DNA of 32,000 nucleotides from Prochlorococcus sp. MIT 0801 (GTDB taxonomy: Bacteria; Cyanobacteriota; Cyanobacteriia; PCC-6307; Cyanobiaceae). The notes below the pieces were generated by a model. The model was given only the letters and a program-made list of their open reading frames with translations, was not told the origin of the DNA and ran no database searches. A program made the position numbers and the translations under genes. Below are positions 1 to 8,575 of the stretch, one piece after another; within the stretch, counting starts at the first letter, position 1, and each line of letters starts with the position of its first letter. The stretch spans positions 870,001 through 902,000 of the forward strand of contig NZ_CP007754.1 of the NCBI RefSeq assembly GCF_000757865.1, in the 5' to 3' direction.

Positions 1-10
1 ATTGTATTCA

Positions 11-280
11 ATGGCAAAAAGAAGACGTAAACTTAGTCCTGAATTAGAGAAAAACATTTCATTAGCTAAGAAACAAATAGAATTAATTACCGCCATAATA
101 CATGATATAGATGAGGATGACATACAAGAAGAATATAAGTCTGCATTTTTACCAGTAATGAGTACCTATCTCTCGCTTGACCAAATGTATAAGGAAGTAG
201 GTTTTAATGATGATACCACTAAACTTCATGAACTTTACTTAACTAATTTAACTAAATTTAAAAATGAATATGAACTCTAG
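11..280 (+). CDS. hypothetical protein, function unknown
   Basis: The ORF track gives 2..280 with a TTG start. The first ATG, at 11, gives MAKRRRKLSPELEK..., which looks like a plausible N-terminus. I recognise no catalytic or family motif. The frame is open to the window edge, so a longer gene starting upstream cannot be excluded. Confidence 0.45.
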   Translation: MAKRRRKLSPELEKNISLAKKQIELITAIIHDIDEDDIQEEYKSAFLPVMSTYLSLDQMYKEVGFNDDTTKLHELYLTNLTKFKNEYEL

Positions 281-579
281 TGTTAAATCTTTTTAATTTC
301 CTTCAGTTATATTAGTTTGAGCATTTTTATAAGAAAAAATATTTTAAATATTTAACTTATGTTATTTATATTTAACTTAATTGAATTATAATTTCTTTAT
401 TAATTAATAGAGCTTCTCTAAACTTGTGAATTAGATTATATTATTATTTACTATTTCTATGGCAGATAACTCATACGATATTGATTTTGCGATGAATGTG
501 ATCAAAGAAGATATCATTAGAGAACTTTCTGAGTGTGTATCTAAGCAAAATAAAAATTCTTACTATCACCATACTTCAT

Positions 580-882
580 CTAAGAACCTTTCTTTTTCCG
601 ATAAGACTTTGGATTAGTTTTTTCAATTATTCTTTTAATTTCACTTTCATCCAACCTTGTAACGAGAAAGACCTCTTGTACAAGTTTACCTTTCCTGGCT
701 AGGAGCTTGTAACCTTCTTTTGTTTTAACAGTAACTTTTATATCAAGTTTCTCTCCTCTTCCATTAGTCTTTGATAGCGAGGCAGGTGTAACTGTTTTTA
801 TCTCGTCGATTGATGCAATCTTTTTCAACCACTTAATTAAGCCTTCTATATTTGTGCTGTGGTTTTGAACAAGTCTTCCCAT
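580..882 (-). CDS. small conserved hypothetical protein, resembles the cyanobacterial DUF2103 (predicted metal-binding) family
   Basis: This is a 100-aa ORF. From memory, the pattern ...NHST.IEGLI..LKK......IKTVTPA.......G....L...V....GYKLLARKGK.VQEVFLVT... resembles ~100-aa DUF2103 proteins of cyanobacteria. That assignment is unverified. Confidence 0.55.
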   Translation of the reverse strand: MGRLVQNHSTNIEGLIKWLKKIASIDEIKTVTPASLSKTNGRGEKLDIKVTVKTKEGYKLLARKGKLVQEVFLVTRLDESEIKRIIEKTNPKSYRKKKGS

Positions 883-985
883 TTTTTGATATCTTATGTC
901 GAATTTCTTAATTCATTTAAATTTCTCTGGGGTAAAGTACTCTAACCTTTCTGATAAGTTATAATTTAAAAAAATAATCTTAGTC

Positions 986-1087
986 ATGATCTTTACTTTG
1001 GGATGGGCTTCATTAGCTGCGATTTTCACTTTTTCTATAGCAATGGTTGTTTGGGGCAGAAACGGTGATGGTTCTATTGATATATAG
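986..1087 (+). CDS. petN: cytochrome b6-f complex subunit 8 (PetN), 33 aa
   Basis: Not in the ORF track because it is under 60 aa. My hand translation is [33 protein letters not shown]. It matches the PetN signature (GWA.L...FTFS.A.VVWGR.G), a single transmembrane helix. A TATAAT hexamer lies at 960..965. Confidence 0.85.
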   Translation: MIFTLGWASLAAIFTFSIAMVVWGRNGDGSIDI

Positions 1088-1095
1088 GCATAATT

Positions 1096-1221
1096 ATGAC
1101 TATAGACTTTAATCTCTATAGTTTTCTATCATTTACCTCTATTGCTCTGTTGTCTTTTATCACTATAGGTGTGATATATATTAGTTATATTGACTGGAAA
1201 GATAAAAGAAGAAAAAAATGA
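1096..1221 (+). CDS. hypothetical 41-aa single-pass membrane protein
   Basis: My hand translation is MTIDFNLYSFLSFTSIALLSFITIGVIYISYIDWKDKRRKK. It has one hydrophobic helix followed by a strongly basic tail (positive-inside pattern). It starts 8 nt after the petN stop on the same strand. It is not in the ORF track because of its size, and I recognise no family. Confidence 0.45.
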   Translation: MTIDFNLYSFLSFTSIALLSFITIGVIYISYIDWKDKRRKK

Positions 1222-1230
1222 TATCTAATC

Positions 1231-1890
1231 TTATTTGGTTTTTATGTTTAATGCGATAATTTCTAAAGCTTGTTTCATCTTTTCAATATTAGACTTATAC
1301 ATACTTATATCTTTCTCAACCCTTGAATATTGGTAGCCCAGCGACTTCGATATTTCATTTATTTCTTTATTAATCTCTTCTTCTTTTACATCCTTAAATA
1401 ACGCCATTTCTCTGACCAACTTATATATACCGATAGCATTTATACGACTATAGTAGTCATATTCTTTTTTATCGCTGGTCATTTTTGCTAGAAAATCATT
1501 TAAATCTTCTTTTGTAAATGATTTCGCCTTGCTAACTAATTGTTCTGAGGAGTTATTTATCTCCGTAGGATTAAAACCATTGCAATTACAGATTGCGTCG
1601 AATAGCTTTGTAATATGTTCTCTAGGTTTATACCCACTTGTGAATTTACTAAATACTTCTTTTAAGCCTGTAGAAAAAATTGAATCTTTCTTAAAGTTTT
1701 TCTGATGACTCAACAGGTGAAGTTCTACTAGCAGCTCATCTGCAAGCTTTCTATAAATCGCTGGTATGACATAAGGAAATTCCTTATGGAAATCAGATTT
1801 GCTGTCTGAAATTGTTGCTCTAACGCTCAATGCCAAACCTAGATAATTCTTAAGAGACCTTAGCTTATCCCGCGACTTAGCTAGGATCAT
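1231..1890 (-). CDS. thf1: thylakoid formation protein Thf1 / Psb29
   Basis: This is a 219-aa [38 protein letters not shown] aligns with the conserved Thf1 N-terminal block (TVSDTKRAF....P...IYRR..EEL.VE.HLL). The ~25 residues before that block are probably an over-extension. In-frame TTG codons exist near LGLALSV, so the true start may be ~60-75 nt further in. Confidence 0.85.
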   Translation of the reverse strand: MILAKSRDKLRSLKNYLGLALSVRATISDSKSDFHKEFPYVIPAIYRKLADELLVELHLLSHQKNFKKDSIFSTGLKEVFSKFTSGYKPREHITKLFDAICNCNGFNPTEINNSSEQLVSKAKSFTKEDLNDFLAKMTSDKKEYDYYSRINAIGIYKLVREMALFKDVKEEEINKEINEISKSLGYQYSRVEKDISMYKSNIEKMKQALEIIALNIKTK

Positions 1891-1915
1891 GAAAACCGAC
1901 CATTATTATCGTTCA

Positions 1916-2506
1916 ATGATTCCAATAGTTATTGAAGAATCTGGAAGAGGAGAAAGAGCCTTTGATATTTATTCAAGGCTTTTAAGAGAAAGAATAGTTT
2001 TTTTGGGAGAACCAGTAACAAGTGAGTCTGCTAACCGAATTGTTGCTCAACTCCTTTTCCTTGAGGCTGACGATCCAGATAAAGATATTTTTCTCTATAT
2101 CAATTCTCCAGGTGGATCTGTTTATGACGGCCTTGGGATTTTTGACACAATGCAACACGTAAAGCCTGATATTCATACCGTTTGCGTTGGACTCGCTGCA
2201 AGTATGGGAGCCTTTCTGCTTTGTGCAGGAAAAAAAGGAAAGCGAAGTAGCTTGCTCCATTCAAGAATAATGATTCATCAGCCACTCGGAGGTGCAAGAG
2301 GTCAAGCGAGTGATATAAGGATCCAGGCTGATGAAATCTTGTTTATAAAGGATAAATTAAACAAAGAATTGTCTGATAGAACGGGACAACCTATTGAGAG
2401 GATTAAAGAGGATACAGACAGAGATTTTTATATGTCTCCATCTGAAGCCATCGAATATGGAATTATTGATAACGTATTTAATAAAAGGCCTGTAAATTCA
2501 GTATGA
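1916..2506 (+). CDS. clpP: ATP-dependent Clp protease proteolytic subunit ClpP
   Basis: The catalytic triad contexts are present: GLAASMGAF (Ser), IMIHQPLGG (His) and DTDRDFYMS (Asp). The ORF track starts at 1889, but the second Met ([23 protein letters not shown]) is the canonical ClpP N-terminus, so I prefer 1916. Confidence 0.92.
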   Translation: MIPIVIEESGRGERAFDIYSRLLRERIVFLGEPVTSESANRIVAQLLFLEADDPDKDIFLYINSPGGSVYDGLGIFDTMQHVKPDIHTVCVGLAASMGAFLLCAGKKGKRSSLLHSRIMIHQPLGGARGQASDIRIQADEILFIKDKLNKELSDRTGQPIERIKEDTDRDFYMSPSEAIEYGIIDNVFNKRPVNSV

Positions 2507-2513
2507 AATATAA

Positions 2514-4436
2514 TTATTTTGTATCTGGAAGAACAGGAATAAATCTATCTTTCTCAGGGATAGTAGTATATTGAGATAATATTTTGCAGAATTCATCACC
2601 ATCCATAGTTTCCTTTTCGATTAATATTTCAACTAATTTATCCATAGCTGATCTATTCTTTTCGACTAATTCAAGTGTTTCGCTATAGCACTTTTTAACT
2701 ATTAATCTGACTTGTTCATCTATTTGCTTTGAAATTCCATCTGATATATCAGATGTGTTCATTAAGCTTCTTCCTACAAATACTTCTTGACTATCACCTT
2801 CTAAAGAGACTGGGCCGAGGCTGCTCATCCCAAACCTCGTAACCATTTGCCTTGCCATTGATGCGACCATTTGCACGTCTCCTCCTGCCCCAGTTGTAAC
2901 TTCTTCTCTACCAAAAATAATATCCTCAGCAGCTCTACCACCAAGAGCTCCCATAATTCTTGCTTTTAATTGTGCTCTGCTTATTAAAGACTGATCATCA
3001 TCTGGAGAGAACCATGTCAAACCTTGTGCTTGTCCCCTTGGGATAACAGTTACTTTTTGTACAGGATCGTGATCTTTTACTAAAGATCCAATTAAGGCAT
3101 GACCAACCTCATGGTAAGCGATGAGTCTCTTGCTTCTTCCATCTACTAAAGGTGTTCCTTCCATACCCGCAATGATGCGATCAACTGCATCATCAATTTC
3201 AGAAAGACCTATTTGATCCTTTCTTCTTCTGGCTGTGAGAATAGCTGCTTCGTTTAGCAAATTGGCTAAATCAGCGCCTGTGAAACCAGGCGTTCTTCTT
3301 GCAATGCTCTCTAAAGTTAAATCCTTTTCTAATTTTTTATTTCTTGAGTGAACTTTAAGAATTGATAATCTCCCTGATATGTCTGGTGCGTCAACGGTTA
3401 CTTGTCTATCGAATCTACCTGGCCTCATTAATGCTGAGTCAAGAACATCTGGTCTATTAGTTGCTGCGATGATGATAATTCCACTATTACCCTCAAATCC
3501 ATCCATCTCAGTTAGAAGTTGATTGAGTGTTTGCTCTCTTTCATCATTTCCACCTCCAATTCCAGCTCCCCTCTGTCTCCCTACTGCATCGATTTCGTCA
3601 ATAAAAATTAAACATGGACTATTTTCTTTTGCTCTTTTAAATAAATCTCTGACACGACTAGCACCCACACCAACAAACATTTCTACAAATTCTGAGCCAG
3701 AAAGGGAGAAAAATGGTACTCCTGCTTCTCCTGCAATAGCCTTAGCTAAGAGAGTTTTACCAGTTCCTGGAGGACCAACTAGTAAAACACCTCTTGGAAT
3801 TTGAGCTCCTACAGATGTAAATCTTTCAGGTTGTTTTAAAAAAGTGACCACTTCTTCTAAATCTTGTTTGGCTTCGTTTACTCCCGCTACATCATCGAAT
3901 TTGACACCAGTCTCAGCTTCCATTGCAAACCTTGCCTTTGTTTTACCAAATTGCATTGCTTGTCCTGGTCCCCCTGGCATTGAGTTTGATCTTCTTGAAA
4001 GTAGAATCAATCCTCCTATCAGAATTATTGGAAAAAGGAGGTTGCCGAGAATTCCAATTCCTGCTGGTGCTGTTCTAGGTGGATGAATGTCAAAACTTAT
4101 TCCCTCTTCTTTGAGTGAGGAAACTAATTCAGGCGCTAAGCCTGGGAGATCAACTCTTAATCGTTGAACTCTGTTATCAATTTCGGGGTCAACTGACTCG
4201 ACTATTGCATTTCTACCACCTTCGTAAATGTCGACAGAAGTGACTCTTCCTGCTTTTACGTAATCAAGAAATCTTCCATAGCTTATCTTTGCAACCGGTG
4301 CATTTCTTGATGGATTAGAGGTACTCGCTTGATTTACTTGAGTATTGGATGAAGAGCCAATAATTTGGAACGTAATTAAAACTACTATTGTTATTGGAAT
4401 CACCCAAAGAGCTATAACCTTCCATTTCTTATCCAT
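2514..4436 (-). CDS. ftsH: ATP-dependent zinc metalloprotease FtsH
   Basis: 640 aa. It has an N-terminal TM segment, Walker A GPPGTGKT, Walker [10 protein letters not shown], second region of homology [19 protein letters not shown], and the Zn-binding motif HEVGH. Confidence 0.97.
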   Translation of the reverse strand: MDKKWKVIALWVIPITIVVLITFQIIGSSSNTQVNQASTSNPSRNAPVAKISYGRFLDYVKAGRVTSVDIYEGGRNAIVESVDPEIDNRVQRLRVDLPGLAPELVSSLKEEGISFDIHPPRTAPAGIGILGNLLFPIILIGGLILLSRRSNSMPGGPGQAMQFGKTKARFAMEAETGVKFDDVAGVNEAKQDLEEVVTFLKQPERFTSVGAQIPRGVLLVGPPGTGKTLLAKAIAGEAGVPFFSLSGSEFVEMFVGVGASRVRDLFKRAKENSPCLIFIDEIDAVGRQRGAGIGGGNDEREQTLNQLLTEMDGFEGNSGIIIIAATNRPDVLDSALMRPGRFDRQVTVDAPDISGRLSILKVHSRNKKLEKDLTLESIARRTPGFTGADLANLLNEAAILTARRRKDQIGLSEIDDAVDRIIAGMEGTPLVDGRSKRLIAYHEVGHALIGSLVKDHDPVQKVTVIPRGQAQGLTWFSPDDDQSLISRAQLKARIMGALGGRAAEDIIFGREEVTTGAGGDVQMVASMARQMVTRFGMSSLGPVSLEGDSQEVFVGRSLMNTSDISDGISKQIDEQVRLIVKKCYSETLELVEKNRSAMDKLVEILIEKETMDGDEFCKILSQYTTIPEKDRFIPVLPDTK

Positions 4437-4576
4437 AATTCTTTAAAACTTTCAGTCAATTCTAGTAGTGCAATGCCCCTTTCTGTTGGATGCTTTCATC
4501 TGTTTATCAGAAATATTTTAAAATCATGTTTCTAAAGTTAATAAAATTTAGAATGTTTTTATATAAAATATTATAT

Positions 4577-5806
4577 TTATAAACTTCTTAGCGCGGTAAT
4601 TGGATCTAGCCTTGCAGCTCTTTTTGCTGGAAGAACACCAAAGGTTAAACCTATTGTACCTGATATGAAAACAGTTATAAATACAGTTCCAAATCCAATT
4701 GTTGCAGGCAAAGGTGATAATAAAGATACGATTTTTACTGCTGTGAGTCCTAAGCCTGTTCCTGCTATTCCACCCAGGCTAGATAGAATTAATGACTCTA
4801 TTAGGAATTGTGTTGAAATATCTAATCTCCTCGCCCCTAAAGCTTTTCTAAGCCCTATTTCTTCGGTTCTTTCGCTTACAGAGACCAACATTATATTCAT
4901 AATTCCTATCCCTCCAACTATTAATGATATCCCCCCTATCGCAGCTAGCAATAATGTTAAACCACCCGTAATCGTAGATACTATTTGTAATGCATCTTTT
5001 TGTGATCTAACAGCAAAATCATCATCTCTAATTATTTTGTGTCTTTGCCTCAATAAATTTGTTATTTGAAATTTTGCTGCCTTTATTGAATTTTCATTTA
5101 TTGCTTCAACGCTTATGAAACTAAGACTTATACCATAAGTTGGATCTTTACCAGTAATTCTACTAACCATCGTTGATAGAGGAATATAAGCGTTCTCATC
5201 TTGATTGCTTCCAAAAACAGCACCTTTAGGCTTCATTACTCCAACAATTTCAAAAGACTGATCTTTTATTCTTATTCTCTCCCCTAAACCTTCTTTTTTA
5301 TTGAACAGCTTATCTTCAAGATCTGGTCCAATAACAACTACATTTTTGGCCCCTTTTGTATCTTGCTCATTAATAAATCGGCCTTTAGCAATTTCAAAGC
5401 TTCTTACAATTAAAAAATCATTTGTTACTCCTGAAATAGAACTACTCGTGCTTTTAGAACCAGTTTGAATGACTTCATTTGAAGTGATTTGTGGAGCTAC
5501 CCTTTTAACAGTTGGCACTTGCTCCTCTATTGCTTTTGCATCTTTAAGAACAAGGTTTTTTGGAAAAGCTACTCCTCTTCTTCTTGTGTCATTACTACCT
5601 GGTACAACGAATAAAACATTTGCACCTAGATTGCTTAATTGATTTTCTGCAAGATTCTGTGCCCCTCTTCCAACTCCTACAAGCGTTATAACAGAAGCAT
5701 TTCCAATCACTATTCCAAGCATTGTTAATAAACTTCTAAACTTATTAGATTTAAGATTCTTTATTGCCATTCCCGTTGTTTCAGTTAGACGGAGCTTCCT
5801 TTTCAT
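4577..5806 (-). CDS. ABC transporter permease, MacB/DevC (FtsX-fold) family
   Basis: 409 aa. It has the N-terminal TM helix NKFRSLLTMLGIVIGNASVI, a large extracytoplasmic domain and a C-terminal three-helix FtsX-type domain (ERTEEIGLRKALGARRLDI...). This is the typical MacB/DevC/LolE architecture. An alternative start exists at Met13. Confidence 0.88.
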   Translation of the reverse strand: MKRKLRLTETTGMAIKNLKSNKFRSLLTMLGIVIGNASVITLVGVGRGAQNLAENQLSNLGANVLFVVPGSNDTRRRGVAFPKNLVLKDAKAIEEQVPTVKRVAPQITSNEVIQTGSKSTSSSISGVTNDFLIVRSFEIAKGRFINEQDTKGAKNVVVIGPDLEDKLFNKKEGLGERIRIKDQSFEIVGVMKPKGAVFGSNQDENAYIPLSTMVSRITGKDPTYGISLSFISVEAINENSIKAAKFQITNLLRQRHKIIRDDDFAVRSQKDALQIVSTITGGLTLLLAAIGGISLIVGGIGIMNIMLVSVSERTEEIGLRKALGARRLDISTQFLIESLILSSLGGIAGTGLGLTAVKIVSLLSPLPATIGFGTVFITVFISGTIGLTFGVLPAKRAARLDPITALRSL

Positions 5807-5812
5807 ATTTTT

Positions 5813-7270
5813 TTAGATAAAAAGAGATTCATTCTCATGTTCTGAACTAACTATCCCAACCTTTACCAAATCTGTTGACCCACTTACGCCTGAAAGTGTT
5901 CCTGCTGTTTCAACAACAAGATCTCCTTGCTTAAGAATTTTCATTTTTTTTGCCATATTCATAGCATCATCAAATGTTTTTGACGTGCTTGTTTGATTTT
6001 CTATTAGAAGTGGCGTAACTCCCCAGACAAGTTGAAGTGTGCTGGCAACACTTTTTTCATTAGTAACTGCCAGTACAGGAGTGGCGGGTCTAAATTTACT
6101 TACATTTTTTGCAGTTGCACCACTTTTTGTTAAAGGTATTATGGCTGCAGCGTTTATTTGTCTAGCAATACTGCTTACGGCTGCGCTAATAGCATTTGGA
6201 ATTGTGCTTGGAAGATGACTTTCCAGTGCTTTTTGTGGATAATCTCTTTCGATTCTTTTCGCAATAGTGGCCATAGTTGCCACAGCCTCAATGGGATAAT
6301 CACCAACTGCAGTCTCATTTGAGAGCATTACGGCATCCGTACCATCGAGTATGGCATTTGCTACATCACTCACCTCTGCTCTTGTAGGTCTTGGGCTTGA
6401 GGCCATTGAATCAAGCATTTGTGTGGCCGTAATAATCGGTATGCCAAGGCTGTTTGCCTTTTTAATGAGTTGCTTTTGTAACAATGGAACTTCTTCTGCG
6501 GGCATCTCTACCCCGAGATCCCCTCTGGCTACCATTACTCCATCACATAATTTTAAGACGGCGTCTATTTGATCAATAGCTTCAAATTTTTCAATCTTCG
6601 CAACTACTGGAGTGTCATATCCATGATTTCTAATTAAATCTTTTATTTCTATTAAATCAGAAGGATTTCTTACAAAACTTAGTGCTACCCAATCAACACC
6701 TTGTTTTAAACCAAATGCTAGATCTTTTTTATCTTTTTCTGTTAAAGCCCTTATGGAGAGTTGAACATCAGGGAAATTTACTCCTTTGTTATTAGATAGA
6801 ACCCCACCCACGGTTATTGAACAAATTAACCTTTCATCTTTTAAATCAACTTCTTCAACTTTCATCTCTACCCTTCCATCATCTAACAGAATTCGATTTC
6901 CAACATTTACTTCTTCAGCTAGCTTGTCGTACGTGACATTTGCTTGGTCCTGATTACAGTCAATATTTTTCGATGTAAGAATAAATTTATCGCCATTTTT
7001 GACATTAACTGGGCCATTTTTAAATCTACCAAGTCTAATCTTAGGCCCCTGAAGATCCTGAAGGATTCCTATGTGAATGTCTAGATCATCAGAAACTTTT
7101 CTAATTGTTTTTATTCTTTGAGCATGTTCTTCATGATCACCATGACTAAAATTTAGACGAAAAGTAGTCGCACCGGCCTCTACTAACTTGCTTATTTGAC
7201 TCGCACTTTCCGTTGCGGGTCCTATCGTAGCTACAATCTTGGTCCTTCTGGCTAGGTCGAGTATTTTCAT
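5813..7270 (-). CDS. pyk: pyruvate kinase
   Basis: 485 aa. It contains RRTKIVATIGPA, FRLNFSHGDHEEH, the signature region MVARGDLGVEMP, and ATQMLDSM. Confidence 0.96.
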   Translation of the reverse strand: MKILDLARRTKIVATIGPATESASQISKLVEAGATTFRLNFSHGDHEEHAQRIKTIRKVSDDLDIHIGILQDLQGPKIRLGRFKNGPVNVKNGDKFILTSKNIDCNQDQANVTYDKLAEEVNVGNRILLDDGRVEMKVEEVDLKDERLICSITVGGVLSNNKGVNFPDVQLSIRALTEKDKKDLAFGLKQGVDWVALSFVRNPSDLIEIKDLIRNHGYDTPVVAKIEKFEAIDQIDAVLKLCDGVMVARGDLGVEMPAEEVPLLQKQLIKKANSLGIPIITATQMLDSMASSPRPTRAEVSDVANAILDGTDAVMLSNETAVGDYPIEAVATMATIAKRIERDYPQKALESHLPSTIPNAISAAVSSIARQINAAAIIPLTKSGATAKNVSKFRPATPVLAVTNEKSVASTLQLVWGVTPLLIENQTSTSKTFDDAMNMAKKMKILKQGDLVVETAGTLSGVSGSTDLVKVGIVSSEHENESLFI

Positions 7271-7348
7271 TTATGTGACTTGTGATAACAAAAAACTAAC
7301 ATCTGATTGTGTTTTATTTGTCAACTTTACTTTTTCAAGAGAATAAAG

Positions 7349-7678
7349 ATGGAATTAAATGATTACCAAAGAGAATCTCGTAAGACAGCTCTTTATCCTG
7401 ATGTTGGTAGCAATGCTATTTATCCAACCTTAGGTCTTGTTGGTGAAGCAGGGGAGGTTGCTGACAAAGTAAAGAAAATTCTAAGAGACAAAAAGGGTGT
7501 ATTTGATAAAGATAGTAAGGATGCAATTAAATTTGAACTAGGTGATGTTCTTTGGTACATATCCCAGCTCTCTAGTGAGCTGGGATATGAATTGGAAGAT
7601 GTAGCTCATGCAAACCTACAAAAGCTCAACAGCCGAAAATCTCGAGGAAAAATCCAAGGTAGCGGCGATGATCGATGA
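7349..7678 (+). CDS. mazG: MazG-type nucleoside triphosphate pyrophosphohydrolase domain protein
   Basis: MELNDYQ.... is followed by GLVGEAGEVADKVKK and ELGDVLWY, the E-x-x-E / E-x-x-D metal-binding helices of the all-alpha NTP-PPase fold. The ORF-track start at 7307 is a TTG. The ATG at 7349 gives the usual N-terminus. Confidence 0.85.
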   Translation: MELNDYQRESRKTALYPDVGSNAIYPTLGLVGEAGEVADKVKKILRDKKGVFDKDSKDAIKFELGDVLWYISQLSSELGYELEDVAHANLQKLNSRKSRGKIQGSGDDR

Positions 7679-7685
7679 TCTTAAA

Positions 7686-7988
7686 TTATCCATACATTTG
7701 AAATCCTCCCATCGCCAATGCAGCTGCATTTCCTAGAATTCCTTGAACGACTCTAATAACAACAAAAGCTAAAATAGGAGATAAATCTAAGCCTGCTAAT
7801 GGAGGTATAATTCCTCTGAAAAAATTTAGATAAGGATCAGTAATAGCACACAAATTTACAAGTATGGGATTACTCATATCAAGATTTGGGAACCATGTCA
7901 GCAAAACCCTAATGATTAATATTGTTGAATAAATTCCAAGTGTTTTTAAAAGTACAAGAAGAATTGTCGGAATAATTTCGTAGCCCAT
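7686..7988 (-). CDS. YggT-family (Ycf19-like) integral membrane protein
   Basis: 100 aa and hydrophobic. It has the YggT-like pattern R.LLTWFP........I...C.ITDPYLN.FR..IPP..G.DLSPI.A. Confidence 0.85.
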   Translation of the reverse strand: MGYEIIPTILLVLLKTLGIYSTILIIRVLLTWFPNLDMSNPILVNLCAITDPYLNFFRGIIPPLAGLDLSPILAFVVIRVVQGILGNAAALAMGGFQMYG

Positions 7989-8012
7989 TAGCCTTTGATT
8001 TTTTGTATTATA

Positions 8013-8555
8013 TTACGCCGCCTTTTTGTCTTCTGCTTGATCTGGTTCAGGTAACACTGAAAATGTTTGATGAAATTTTTCTGAGAGAGTTAACCAGAAA
8101 GAACGTCCATCCTTTTGCCGCCTTCTTTCAACGAAGTTTTTTTCTACAAGCTCTTTAATGTGATCGTATGCGCCAGATCCTCTGAGATCAACCAACTCTG
8201 ATTGGAGTATTTTCTTTTTGAGTGCAACAGTCGCCAATGTTCTTAATGTCGCAATCGATAAATCTGCTGGAAGGAGATCTTGAACCAACTCACCTAGCCC
8301 TTGCCTTAATTCCAAGCTGTAATGACTTTTGTTTTCGTTTATTTCTAGAGAAGTGTCACGCTGAGCGTATCCAGCCTTAAGTTCCCAAAGTGCTTTTTCA
8401 ATTTCAGCAATATCTTTATCCAGTAATTCAGCCATCTCTTTTGATGATGTTGGCCTTCCTTTGAGATAGAGGATTGCCTCAATCTTCGCTGGTAATGAAA
8501 TTTGTATGCTCTCACTCATAACATTAAAACCAAAATTATTTTTCTGTATATCCAA
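8013..8555 (-). CDS. scpB: segregation and condensation protein B (ScpB)
   Basis: 180 aa. The winged-helix ScpB pattern is present: IEAILYLKGRPTS..E.AELL, LRTLATVALKKKILQSELVDLRGSGAYDHIKELVEKNFV. The start may instead be Met13, at 8519. Confidence 0.85.
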   Translation of the reverse strand: MDIQKNNFGFNVMSESIQISLPAKIEAILYLKGRPTSSKEMAELLDKDIAEIEKALWELKAGYAQRDTSLEINENKSHYSLELRQGLGELVQDLLPADLSIATLRTLATVALKKKILQSELVDLRGSGAYDHIKELVEKNFVERRRQKDGRSFWLTLSEKFHQTFSVLPEPDQAEDKKAA

Positions 8556-8575
8556 AATTAACGTGTCTAATTAAA

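Noticed and set aside
348-379. A 12-nt direct repeat, ATATTTAACTTA, at 348..359 and 368..379 (20-nt period).
   Set aside because: The sequence is pure A/T-rich and low-complexity, in a spacer that is almost entirely A/T. Chance repeats of this size are expected there, and there is no associated dyad or gene context.
1888-1891. In the ORF track, the divergent thf1 and clpP ORFs have overlapping start codons (CATG), which leaves no promoter space.
   Set aside because: This is almost certainly an artefact of taking the longest ORFs. The canonical ClpP N-terminus begins at the second Met (1916). The conserved Thf1 block begins ~25 codons into its ORF, with in-frame TTG codons available. Together these restore a normal divergent spacer of roughly 80-100 nt.
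4530-4553. The hairpin TTCTAAA-N10-TTTAGAA downstream of the ABC permease gene.
   Set aside because: The stem is 7 bp and nearly all A-U, with no clean U-tract on the relevant (minus) strand. It is too weak to call a terminator.
4665-5069. Long antisense ORFs inside well-supported genes. The longest are 134 aa opposite the ABC permease, 150 aa at 19614..20066 opposite pstA, and 167 aa at 30286..30789 opposite pgi. Many more of 60-93 aa sit opposite ftsH, htpG, hisZ, dnaK and others.
   Set aside because: All lie fully within strongly supported genes on the other strand. Their translations are low-complexity (Pro/Ser/Ile-rich) with no recognisable motifs. They look like shadow ORFs, but I cannot formally exclude an overlapping gene without conservation analysis.
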